A DNA stretch of 63,511 nt, filler included, from Octopus bimaculoides (taxonomy: Eukaryota), in the NCBI RefSeq assembly GCF_001194135.2. It is 4 parts of 4 records of this genome, joined end to end, with 100 filler letters (N's around TTAATTAATTAA, not from the genome) between each part and the next. Parts side by side here need not be neighbours in the genome. Positions count along the whole stretch, not along the records: positions 49,065 to 63,511 come from NC_068983.1; 3 more parts are not named here. One strand, written 5' to 3'. The notes under the pieces are model-generated. The model was given only the letters and a program-made list of their open reading frames with translations, ran no database searches and had not been told where the DNA came from. The stretch's first letter is position 1. Each line of letters starts with the position of its first letter. This document shows, piece after piece, positions 53,101 through 63,511 of this stretch. The position numbers and the translations under genes are program-made.

Positions 53101-53561
53101 AGGGCTTGTGAATTTCTAAAGGCCTCTTATATGAAATAAAGAAACAAAAAAAGGAAAAACTCGCAGTTGTCTTTCATTATATTATTCATAAAGGTTAAGG
53201 TTATCTAAGATGTGGTTCATCAGGTATATTTTCTTTTTTTATTTTTTTTACCAGGACCTATTCATTTTTCTCATTAAATTAACAATTGCCTCACACTGTG
53301 GAGGAACAAGTAATGATACCTACAAATATACTGAAAACTGTTGCTTTACATTCAATCAACCTGCATCATGCCACTAAGTTTGACCTTCTCACTATCAGAG
53401 TTGGCTGATATGAACACTCTTTCAATACAAAAATAGTAAATAATTTACAATTTCTTTCAACTATCCATGACTTAGATAAAACAAACAGACCAGTCCTTGT
53501 TTATATGTATATGTATGAATGAGTGTATGATGTGTGTATGTGTGTGTGTGATAAATACACA

Positions 53562-53600
<39 letters not shown>

Positions 53601-54281
53601 CTATATGTAAAGAGTTTGTATAAAATAAATTTATGTGGTCTGATCAATAAGTATCCCAATTGTTGCCATAGTGATGAAGCTAAAGCATACAGATTGAAGC
53701 TGCTTGGCACAGATTGACCTTGAACTCTATTGTGCATACACACAAAGTTTCATCATTCTAGCTCACTTCCACTGTTTACAGCAGTGTTTGGAAGGAAGGT
53801 GTGTAGTGTGTGATCATTGTGGTGGTGGTGGTGGTGATGGTGATGGTGATGGTGGTGGTGGTGGTGGTAGTAGTTAATTATCATCATTGTCACCACTGCC
53901 ACCACTGCCACCACCTATAGTCAATTAGATTGGCTCCAGTACTTCACTGATAGTTATTTTATAAGCTTCTGAAGGATTAAAGGCATAATTAAATTGAGAG
54001 AGATTTAAACTCAAAATGAAAAGGAAGATAAATCAGTAAATAACTTGTGCTTAATGGGATATTTGAATATGTCAGTTGGGTTATATTTTTTAAAACCTAC
54101 AAGAAGAGAATTCCAGTGTCTTGAAACATAGAAGGAGAAATGATTTGGATAAATACAAAACTCATTTAACCACCAATGATATTACATTAAGAGGTTTCAC
54201 CCCAGGTCAACCATGATCTAAGATATTCCAGTTATAACCATGTCAAGCTTTCTTTGTATTATCAACTTATCAAACAACACA

Positions 54282-54819
54282 GGAGTGGCTGTGTGGTAAG
54301 TAGCTTGCTTACCAACCACATGGTTCCGGGTTCAGTCCCACTGCTTGGCACCTTGGGCAAATGTCTTCTACTATAGCCTTGGGCTGACCAAAGCCTTGTG
54401 AGTGGATTTGGTAGACGGAAACTGAAAGAAGCCTGTCGTATATATGTATATATGTGTACATACGCATACATGTTTGTGTGTCTGTGTTTGTCCCCCCACC
54501 ATCGCTTGACAACCGATGCTGGTGTGTTCACATCCCCTGTAACTTAGCGGTTCGGCAAAAAGAGACTGATAGAATAAGTACTAGGCTTACAAAGAATAAG
54601 TCCTGGGGTCGATTAGCTCGACTAAAAGGCAGTGCTCCAGCATNNNNNNNNNNNNNNNNNNNNNNNNNNNNNNNNNNNNNNNNNNNNNNNNNNNNNNNNN
54701 NNNNNNNNNNNNNNNNNNNNNNNNNNNNNNNNNNNNNNNNNNNNNNNNNNNNNNNNNNNNNNNNNNNNNNNNNNNNNNNNNNACTGAAACAAGTAAAAGA
54801 ATAAAAGAGTAAAAGAGTA
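54282..54819 (+). mobile_element. SINE family B, full-length, tRNA-like head
   Basis: A-box-like tggctgtgtggt, B-box-like ggttcagtccc, internal microsatellite and tail (aaaagag)n. Contains an N gap. Confidence 0.9.
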
Positions 54820-54894
54820 ACACTATATTCACTGGAAAGAGAAGTCAATATTAGTTGTTGAATCATGAGACTCGTTAACATCACCATCACCCTC

Positions 54895-55410
54895 ATCATC
54901 ATCATCATCATCATCATCGTCGTTGTCATCGTTTACTGTTTGCTTTCCATGCTGGCAAGCCAGAAGGCTGCACCAGGCTCCAATCTGATCTGGCAAAGTT
55001 TCTACAGCTGGATGCCCTTCCTAATGCCAACCACTCCAAGAGTGTAGTGGGTGCTTTTTATGTGCCACTGACACAAGGGCCAGTCAGGCAGTACTGGTAT
55101 TAACCATGCTTGAATGGTGCTTTTTACGTGTCACCAGCATGGAAGCCAGTCATGTGGCACTGGCATTGACTTCACTCAAATGGTGCTTTTTACATACCAC
55201 TAGCACAGTTGCCAATCAGGCAGTACTGTCATTGGCCATGACAATGACTTCACTTGACTCAACAGGTCTTTGCAAGTGCAGTTTATTGCCCAATGATTGA
55301 AGGGTACTCTTAAATGGGCCAGTTATACTGCACTGGCATAGGCCACAATTACAGTCTCACTTGGCTTGCTGGGTCTTCTCAAGCGCAGCATATCTCCAAA
55401 GGTTTCACAC
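54895..55410 (-). mobile_element. RTE family 3' end with tandem ~60-bp UTR repeats and (GAT)n tail
   Basis: Reverse complement matches 62980-63490 (ttggcattaggaagggcatccagctgtagaaac...catggaaa). Confidence 0.85.
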
Positions 55411-56585
55411 TGTCAAACAATTTAGTCTTGACATCAAAATGGAATTTGGACATAACAAATATGTCAATGCTACATTTGTTAAGGATAAACTATCAACTAT
55501 CTCCCCAGAGGGAGATACTGAGATAAAACTAACAAGCAAACAACTGGATTATTTACATTATTTACATTTGACGGATATTTGTCCTCATCTTGTTTGTTGT
55601 TAACACAACGTTTTGGCTGATATACCCTCCAGCCTTCGTCAAGTGTCTTGGGGGAATTTTCGAACCTGGGTTCTCATTCCTAACGATGTTATAAATATAG
55701 AACTGAAACAACTGGATGTTAAAGCTTCTTCTGGAACACAATGATACCAACTTAATGATGAAAAATGTAAAATACATCTTCAAGAAATACAGCTAGATGA
55801 ACTAGTACATGAAGAAAATATGTCCCCACCTGACAAGACAAAACAAGCTAATCTCCAATACACTAAAGAGGAATGAGAGCAACAACCACTGCATGGCAAA
55901 TACCCAATTAAAATCAAGGACCCTGATGTAAACCAAATTCATCAGTGGGTGATGTGATCTGGTTTCAAACCAGAAACTGAAGTGTATATTACTGCTGCTC
56001 AGGATCAGTGCCTTTCAGCTAGGAATTACCAGAATAAGGTTCTGAAACATGAAAGCACCCCATCTGCCATGTATTTGGAGAACATTTAGAGACAATCAAC
56101 TACATAATCTCTGGATGCAGCTGTTGGAACCAACAAGATTACTTGCAAAGACATAATAGGGCAGCTCAGTACACACACTGGTCAATATGCCACACATAGC
56201 CTCCCTCATATTTGTGAGCACAACCCACAAGTTGCTCAGAATGCTGAAGTTACCATCATTTGAGATTTCAGTGACCAGACTGATTAGGAATTACAGGTTA
56301 ACTGACCAGATATCATTATGAAAAATTATGTTAAAAACATTTGCCTCGTCTGACAAAAACACATCAGTGAGGACATTAGAGAAATTGAACAAATTTAGAG
56401 ATTGATATTAGAAAAATGTAGCATCGCAAAGCAACATCACTTATTATTAGTGGGCCACTTGGAATGATATCAAAAGGAGCAAACAAATATGTAGACCATA
56501 TTCCTGGCAACCTCAAAGTAAGTGAGCTGCAAAAGATCACACTTACAAATACCACACATATTTTAAGTAAATTTCTCTTCATGTA
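55410..56585 (+). mobile_element. Old R4/Dong-like element (RT end, zinc-finger region, REL endonuclease), with a small insertion at ~55560-55710
   Basis: VKQFSLDIKMEFG; QPLHGKYP; SGFKPETEVYITAAQDQCLSARNYQ; ETINYIISGC; HNRAAQYTHWSIC; LEIDIRKM...GPLGMISKGANKYVDHIPGNLKVSELQKITLTNTTHIL. Confidence 0.8.
55603..55646 (-). ncRNA. Decayed type I hammerhead-like motif (two core substitutions)
   Basis: acac-TTGACGA-a-GGCTG gagggtatat CAGCC-AAAA-CGTT-gtgt. Stems I and II are intact, with C3>U and G12>A in the core. Confidence 0.5.
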
Positions 56586-56834
56586 AATACAATCTTATCA
56601 ATTCAGTGTTATTAAATTTTTTTTTGAGTTGCATGGCACCTTATCTTTTAGTATCTTTAGAAAATCTTATCCCTTGATGTCTGTCATTGAGAGTTGGGTG
56701 TAGCTTGTATAAATTAAAGACAAATCAAAACACAATGATGATGATAATGGTGATGATGATGGTGGTGGTGGTGGTGGTGATGGTGGTGGTGGTGGTGGTG
56801 TTGATGGTTGTTGTTGCTGCTGCTGTTGTTGTTT

Positions 56835-57242
56835 CAAATTTTGGCATGAGGCCAGTAATTTCGGAGGAGATGGGTAAGTCAATTGCATCCACCCCAGTGC
56901 ACAACTGGTGCTTATTTTAACAAAGGAAACCGAAGTTGACCTTAGCAGAATTTGAACTCAGAACATAAAGAACCAGAAGAAATGCTGCTAAGCATTTTAT
57001 CCAACATGCTAACAATTCTGCCAGCTCCCCACCTTTATTTCTAATATAGGCACATAGCTTAAAATTTGGGAGAGGGTGCTTGTCAATTACATTGACTGCA
57101 GTACTTGATTGATACTTCATTGATCATAATAAGATGAAAGGAAAAGTTCCCCTTGGCACAGTTTCAACTCAGAATGTAAAGAGCAAGAAGATGTTGCTAA
57201 ACATTTTGTCTGACATTCTAATAATTCTGCCAGCTCACCACC
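56835..57242 (-). mobile_element. Two head-to-tail SINE family A copies
   Basis: gaatttgaactcagaac...ttctgccagctc at 56949-57026 and again at 57163-57238. Confidence 0.85.
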
Positions 57243-57599
57243 TGAATAATAATAATAATAACTAGCTGGATCCGGGAAAAATTCATGGTAAACATAAAAA
57301 AGGTAAACAATTGCAATGTGGAAGGTGTTTATAAGACATTTAAGAAACGCACAAAAACCATTAAATTCACTTCAATATTTAAATTTAATTTGCCAAAATA
57401 TTTTTGTTGCTTTGAGACCACGACCTGTTCACTGACAAAATTCCATGCAAATTCACATTGCACCAGTCCACTTTGCTAGCAGAAAGGGAATATACACACC
57501 ACCGAAACTGAAAAACTAGTCCTATGGGTCTCTGTAACTCAGAAAGGAGTTACAAATACCACTTGCCTAAGTCCATTAGTGCCACATCATCAATGCCTG

Positions 57600-57806
57600 G
57601 ACATTACTGTTTCAAGTTCTAGGACTCCTTGGGTTGGTTACCTGGTTTCCATGGAGTTTAAGTGACTGAGATCACAATGTTTCCCCCTGAACTAGAGTAA
57701 TGTGAAATAAAGTCTTTAGCTCAAGAACACAGCTCGCTGCTCGGTCCTGGACTTGAAACCACAGTCTTGCAATTGTGAGTGCAACAACCTTACCTCTAGG
57801 CCATGC
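57600..57806 (-). mobile_element. SINE family C, decayed
   Basis: gaactagagtaatgtgaaataaagtctttagctcaagaacac...gaaaccacagtcttgcaattgtgagtgcaac. Confidence 0.65.
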
Positions 57807-57824
57807 TCAGTGGCTGTATAAAAT

Positions 57825-58030
57825 ATAGGATAAAGCATCCATGCTGACCTCATGTAAGAAGCACCCAGTACATTCTATAATGTAGTTGGCATTAGGAAGG
57901 GCATCCAGCCATAGAAGCCATGCCAAAACAGACAATGGAACCTGGTGTGGACCCTGGTCCTTCCAGCTCGTGTCAAATTGTTCAAACCAGGCCAGCATGG
58001 AAAATGGATGTTAAACTATGATGATAATGA
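57825..58030 (+). mobile_element. RTE-family 3' UTR fragment (similar short pieces at 49065-49122, 50170-50345, 59690-59817)
   Basis: gttggcattaggaagggcatccagcc...gccagcatggaaaatggatgttaa..atgatgat. Confidence 0.85.
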
Positions 58031-58472
58031 CGACTCTGTTATATTTGTTCGTTAATTTTGTTTTTATTAATCATTATATTCTGGACTGATTGGGTGTCCA
58101 ATCTATTGAGAATTTCTGTATGTCCTTGAGGTACAAAGGAGGCTTTTGGTGGTGGAGTTGGGGAGAATGTTGACTTGCTGGCAGTGGCGGTGCTTTATTT
58201 TAGCCAGGATGTAATTAAAACTGTATTCACCCATGGCCATCCTATCTTACCTCTTAGATTCAATTAATCTTTCACTTCATTACCAATGTGTCCTTTTTTT
58301 TTAAAGATATTTTAGCTGCTATTTCTAGCAAGGTAGGTGACTACATAAATGCTCCCTAATTTGTACATATGTATACAAGGCAGTAGGATGTTATTTGAGG
58401 TGGTTTTAGCAGCTATTTCTTGCAGGTTAACTGTGGATAAGGCAATGTTAGCAATGGGTAGGGAATGACATA

Positions 58473-59679
58473 CAGGGGTTGGACAAAATAATGGAAACAC
58501 TTAGCATCATAATTTTGAAATATCTATAAAACCGTCAAAAGCTTGTTTATTTTTATGTCTTTTGATTTATTATTAGTGTTGCTAGAATTGCTGTTTCTTT
58601 TCAGATATCAGAAAAAGGTAATTAAAATTCATTAAAATGACAGATCTATTGGACTTTCAAAGAGGTTAAATTGTTGGTACTCATATGGCAGGCGCTAGTG
58701 TAACGAAAACAGCTGAAATGTTTGGTGTATCAAGAAGTACTATTTTGAAAGTAATGATAGCCTTTGAGAAAGAGGGAAAAACCTCTTCATCGAAACAAAA
58801 CTCCAGAAGAAAACTAAAACTTTCAGATAGGGACTGTTAGACGCTAACACAAATTGTTAGAAAGGATCACAAAAGTACAGCTCCCAAAATTACTGCAGAG
58901 CTTAATGACCACCTTGAGAACCCAGTCTCCATAAAAACTGTTTGCCAGGAGCTGCACAAAGCCAGATTTCATGGGAGGGCTGCAGTCAGAAAACCACTAC
59001 TTTCAAAAACAAATGTTGGTCCCTAGAGCAGTGGAAGAAAGTTGTTTTCTCGGACGAGTCATCCTTTACTTCATTTCCAACCACCAGCCAAGTATATGTG
59101 TGGAGACAGCATCTGACCCAAACTGCCTTCTTCCAACTGTTAAACATGGAGGAGAATCTGTGATGATTGGGGGGGTGGGGGTTATATCTTGGAAATCTGC
59201 CGGCCCAATGGTTTCCCTTCATGGCAGAATTAATAGTCAAGACTATTTAAACATTTTATCTGATCAAATTCATCCTATGGTTACAGAACTGTTTCCGGAG
59301 AGAAACGCAGTCTTTCAGGATGAATATGCACCAATTTACACAGCTAAAGTTGTTACTGAATGGCACAAAGAACATTTTAGTGAAGTTGAACATTTTATCT
59401 GACCACCACAGTTCCCAAATCTCAATATTATTGAACATTTATGGTGCATTTTAGAAAAACAAGTAAGGAGTTGATATCCTCCGCCATCATCACTACCAGA
59501 ACTGGAGACTGTTTTAGCTGAAGAATGGACAAAAATTCCTTTGGAAACAATTCAAACTTTCTACGAGTTCATACCTCATAGAATTCAAGCTGTAATTACT
59601 GCCAAAGGTGATCCTACCCAGTATTAAAATAAATTTGTTTAAAATTTTAAGGTGTTTCCATTATTTTGTCCAACCCCTG
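58473..59679 (+). mobile_element. Tc1/mariner DNA transposon, full-length (1207 bp), transposase pseudogene 58637-59627, DD36E spacing
   Basis: Perfect 28-bp TIR CAGGGGTTGGACAAAATAATGGAAACAC and TA TSD. HTH N-terminus MTDLLDFQRG.IVG..MAGASVTKTAEMFGVSRST; WKKVVFSDES; TVKHGGESVM; FQD(E)YAP; PNLNIIEHLW. Stops and frameshifts present. Confidence 0.95.
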
Positions 59680-60379
59680 TATATATATTTAGGAATGGCA
59701 TCCAGGTAGAAACCATGCCAAATTAGTCTGGAACTTGGTGTAGCTCCCTGGCTTACCAGTTCCAGTCAAACCATCTGACCCATGCCAGCATGGAAAGTAG
59801 ACGTTAAATGATGACAATAAATATATATGTAGAGTTTTATGTGTATGTGTGTGTGTGTGTGTGTGTGGGGGGGTCTGTGTTTGCACGTGTGCGTGCAATT
59901 ATATATAAAATTGTGTGCGTACACACATGCATGCATGCACACACATAAAATAGGGTCTGCCACATATGACAGATTTATGGCTATTGTGCATTGTGAGAGT
60001 GAATAGGTTAGGTGTAAGGTGGAGTAGCAGCAGCAGTTATGAAAGGAACCCAAAGTCTAAGGGAGGATAAAGGAATGATGGGGCGGGGCGTGTTGTTTCC
60101 TGGGTACTGGTGTGGCCTGCTGTTTTATTACTGGACATCAAAGGACTTGATTTATTTGACCAGTGGAGAAGTGAAATAATTCACTTTTGGTCATGCCCCC
60201 TATTAAATATTTATATTTTATGTCAAAACACAGAATTATCAAAGCTTTAAAGGCAGTTTATAAATTGGTGATTTTTGAATAAATTACTGTGGTTGTTGTG
60301 CAGTTGTTTAATCTTTTCGCTATTTTATTTATTTTGAGATACTAGCTTCATTTCTTTCAAGCCTTTGCATGTCCTTAGC

Positions 60380-62370
60380 AGTTACAGCTCATGTTTCACT
60401 GTTATGAAGCATAGCAGTTTGCACACAGGCATTATGCAGTCTGCCTTTCACTCTGAAGGAGAGGTTCTTTGTTGCCCAGCTTATTCTTATTCTCGCAGCT
60501 ATGCTCTTGGAGCATCCACTTCTGCTACTGACTTGGTCACCTAAATAACAGAAGCTATCAAGTACCTCTAGCTTACCCACCTGGTAGTCAATAGAGTCTA
60601 TTTTCTGTATATTTTTAGTGTTTATTGTACCTGTGCACTTTCCACACAAAAAACTATCTTCCCAGTTAATCTTCCTCTGATATTGCTACACCTCTTATGT
60701 CTCCATAGCTTGCACAGGTACATCTTATGGAGTTATAGGAAAGTGGGTTATACATCATTAGATGTACACCTGCTTTCCTATATTAAATTGGAATGAACGG
60801 AACGCAGAACTCCAAACTATCAACACAAACAATATTTATTTAAGGTGGAAAATAGACAGCTTTACTCTTGGTTGTTGAGACGCCTTCTGTGTGTGAGAAC
60901 ATGGTTGCTGAGACACCGGAATGTAGATGTGAGCTGTCTGGCGTGAGTTCGAAAGATGGAGAGAAGGCTTGACACGTCCATGCTCAATCGCCGACCAGTC
61001 GAGAAAGAGAAAGAATAAAGCGGGAACGCTTGGATGTTGAATTCCATGCATGCGCACAGCGTTACTACAGGGCTCCCCTTGCCAGTGTGGAACGCACAAT
61101 AATATAATTTTTGGAGGAACGCCTGAGGCAGGATGGCCACTGAAAACCACCCACAAGATGTGGCACAAACACACACAAAGAAAAATCAAAGAAATGAATG
61201 TACACTTGTGAGATACATGCATGCAATGTTTCTGAAAGGAAAGAAAATGTATGAGTGCACAAGTGTGTGTGTGAGAGAGAAAAAACACAGAACATAGTAA
61301 AAGTGTCTGTAGAGAAAAAATCCAGTTCGTNNNNNNNNNNNNNNNNNNNNNNNNNNNNNNNNNNNNNNNNNNNNNNNNNNNNNNNNNNNNNNNNNNNNNN
61401 NNNNNNNNNNNNNNNNNNNNNNNNNNNNNNNNNNNNNNNNNNNNNNNNNNNNNNNNNNNNNNNNNNNNNNNNNNNNNNNNNNNNNNNNNNNNNNNNNNNN
61501 NNNNNNNNNNNNNNNNNNNNNNNNNNNNNNNNNNNNNNNNNNNNNNNNNNNNNNNNNNNNNNNNNNNNNNNNNNNNNNNNNNNNNNNNNNNNNNNNNNNN
61601 NNNNNNNNNNNNNNNNNNNNNNNNNNNNNNNNNNNNNNNNNNNNNNNNNNNNNNNNNNNNNNNNNNNNNNNCTCGTAGTTGGTAGTGGTATGTGGTCGTA
61701 GACTCGTGTTGCTCATGGCGAGGATGATGCTGGTTAGTTCAGATTTCTTGGCTGCAGTTGTTCGTACTCGGGGTCACCAGTTATAGGAATGCGTTAAATA
61801 GCTCAGCGGGCTGCGTGTTTGAATCACGTTGGGGGGGTCACCAGTTATAGGAAAGTGGGTTATACGTCATTAGATGTACACCTGCTTTCCTATATTAAAT
61901 TGGAATGAACGGAACGCAGAACTCCAAACTATCAACACAAACAATATTTATTTAAGGTGGAAAATAGACAGCTTTACTCTTGGTTGTTGAGACACCTGTG
62001 TGTGAGAACATGGTTGCTGAGACATCGGAATGTAGGTGTGAGCTGTCTGGCGTGAGTTCGAAAGATGGAGAGAAGGCTTGACACGTCCATGCTCAATCGC
62101 TGACCAGTCGAGAAAGAGAAAGAATAAAGCGGGAACGCTTGGATGTTGAATTCCACGCATGCGTGAGACTACGCATGCGCACGGTGTTACTACAGAGTTC
62201 CTACTAACACTTTTCATACATATCAAGCAAGGCCATCTGCCTGAAGGGATTTGTGATTTGTATGCTCTCCTACATACTAAAAATTTGGTTTTTGCTAGAT
62301 TAACTCTTTGATTCTAGACCTTGCCTCCATGCCTGAAATTTCTTCTCAAGTTCTGGTAGTAGTTTGTAAA
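60380..62370 (-). mobile_element. RTE-clade LINE fragment split by the LTR element
   Basis: LPELEKKFQAWRQGLES..VNLAKTKFLV...GRWPCLICMKSVSRN (62195-62370) continues as SIRC..CKLWRHKRCSNIRGRLTGKIVF.CGKCTG...LEVLDSFCYLGD...VKGRLHNACVQTAMLHNSET (60380-60730). Confidence 0.85.
60734..62194 (-). mobile_element. Small LTR retroelement (gypsy-like signals) with two LTRs, PBS, PPT and TSD
   Basis: LTRs at 61846-62194 and 60734-61069 (TGTAG...CTATA); PBS-like TGGTGACCCC after the 5' LTR; purine tract GGCAAGGGGAG before the 3' LTR; TSD GAGT at 60730-60733 and 62195-62198. A 341-N gap lies inside. Confidence 0.88.
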
Positions 62371-62483
62371 GATGAATGAAGTGTTTTTAAGCATTTTGTC
62401 TGGTGTGCTAAAAATTCTGCCAGTTCACTGCCTTATACACATGCACGCACACATGCACGCACACATGCACGCACACATGCACA

Positions 62484-62523
<40 letters not shown>

Positions 62524-62539
62524 TTTATATCCGGGAGCT

Positions 62540-63490
62540 CCTACCTCTGCTGGCAACTAAGGGCATTTCACGCAGGATGAAAGGTAGATTGTATGATGCA
62601 TGTGTGCAAACTGCCATGCTACATGGCAGTGAAACATGGGCCATGACTTCAGGCAACATGCATAGGCTTGAAAGAAATGAAGCTAGAACGATCCATTTGA
62701 TGTGTAATGTCAGTGTGCATACTTGACAGAGTGTAAGCGCCCTGAAAGAAAAGTTGGACATAAGAAGCATCAAATGTGGTATGCAAGAGAGACGACTGTG
62801 CTGGTATGGTCATGTGTTACATATGGATGAGAACAGCTGTGTGAGGAAGTGCCACACCCTAACTGTGGAAGGAACCTGTGGAAGAGGTAGACCCCAGGAA
62901 GACATGGGATGAGATGGTGAAGCATGACTTTCGAACGTTGGGTCTCACAGAGGCAATGACAGGAGACTGAAACCTTTGGAGATATGCTGTGATTGAGAAA
63001 ACCTGGCAACTAAAATGAGATTGCAGCCATGGCCGATGCCAATGTTGCATGTCTGGCCCATTTAAAAATGTCCTTGGTGCGACAGGCAATATGATATGCT
63101 TGAGAAAACCTATTGAGTCAAGTAAAAACCACAATCGTAATTGTGACCAGTGCCCCCTGACTGGCTCCCATGCCGGTGGCACATAGAATGCACCATTCAA
63201 ACGTGATTGATGCCAGTGCCCCATGACTGGCTCCCATGCCAGCGGCACATAAAAAGCACTGTCCATGTGTGATCGATGCCAGGGCCACCTGACTGGCACC
63301 TGTGCTGGTGGCATGTAAAAAGCACTCACTACACTCTCAGTATGGTTGGTGTAAGGAAGGGTATCCAGCTGTAGAAACATTGCCAGATCAGATTAGAGCC
63401 TGGTGCAACTGCTGGCTTCCGAGACCTCAGTCAAACCATCCAACCCATGTCATCATGGAAAACAGATGTTAAATGATGATGATGATGATG
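62540..63490 (+). mobile_element. RTE-clade LINE, 5'-truncated 3' end with three ~62-bp UTR repeats and (GAT)n tail
   Basis: LPLLATKGISRRMKGRLYDACVQTAMLHGSETW...RRLCWYGHVLHM...EGTCGRGRP.KTWDE. Confidence 0.92.
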
Positions 63491-63511
63491 ATATTTCAGG
63501 TGCAATAAAGA

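Noticed and set aside
54282-54352. tRNA-like sequence
   Set aside because: It has A/B-box-like motifs but no complete cloverleaf, and it continues into a SINE body.
57255-57530. Possible minus-strand non-autonomous Helitron end (CTAG|T at ~57255-57259)
   Set aside because: The subterminal hairpin and 5' end could not be supported.

Overview
AT-rich, gap-ridden eukaryotic scaffold. The SINE families and microsatellite load resemble an octopus genome, possibly Octopus bimaculoides; this is recalled, not database-checked. No host gene is confidently recognisable, and almost all long ORFs in the track are microsatellite or N-gap artefacts. The real content is a nested transposon mosaic: Penelope-like (PLE) fragments, R4/Dong-like 3' ends at (TAA)n, several RTE-clade LINEs, L1/Tx1-like ORF1/endonuclease, an internally deleted Helitron with both termini, a Tc1 element with DD36E spacing, a small LTR element nested in an RTE, a MITE-like foldback and many SINEs. 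The most notable signal, invisible in the ORF track, is a set of type I hammerhead ribozyme (HHR) motifs. Two have intact cores (30971-31060 +, 36482-36587 -). One is a near-identical inverted partner with a core mutation (29905-29994 -), so the pair forms a ~1.24 kb element with outward-facing ribozymes. Two are minimal or decayed motifs (54-90 +, 55603-55646 -). HHRs in PLEs are known, so novelty would lie in these families and arrangements, not in the association itself.
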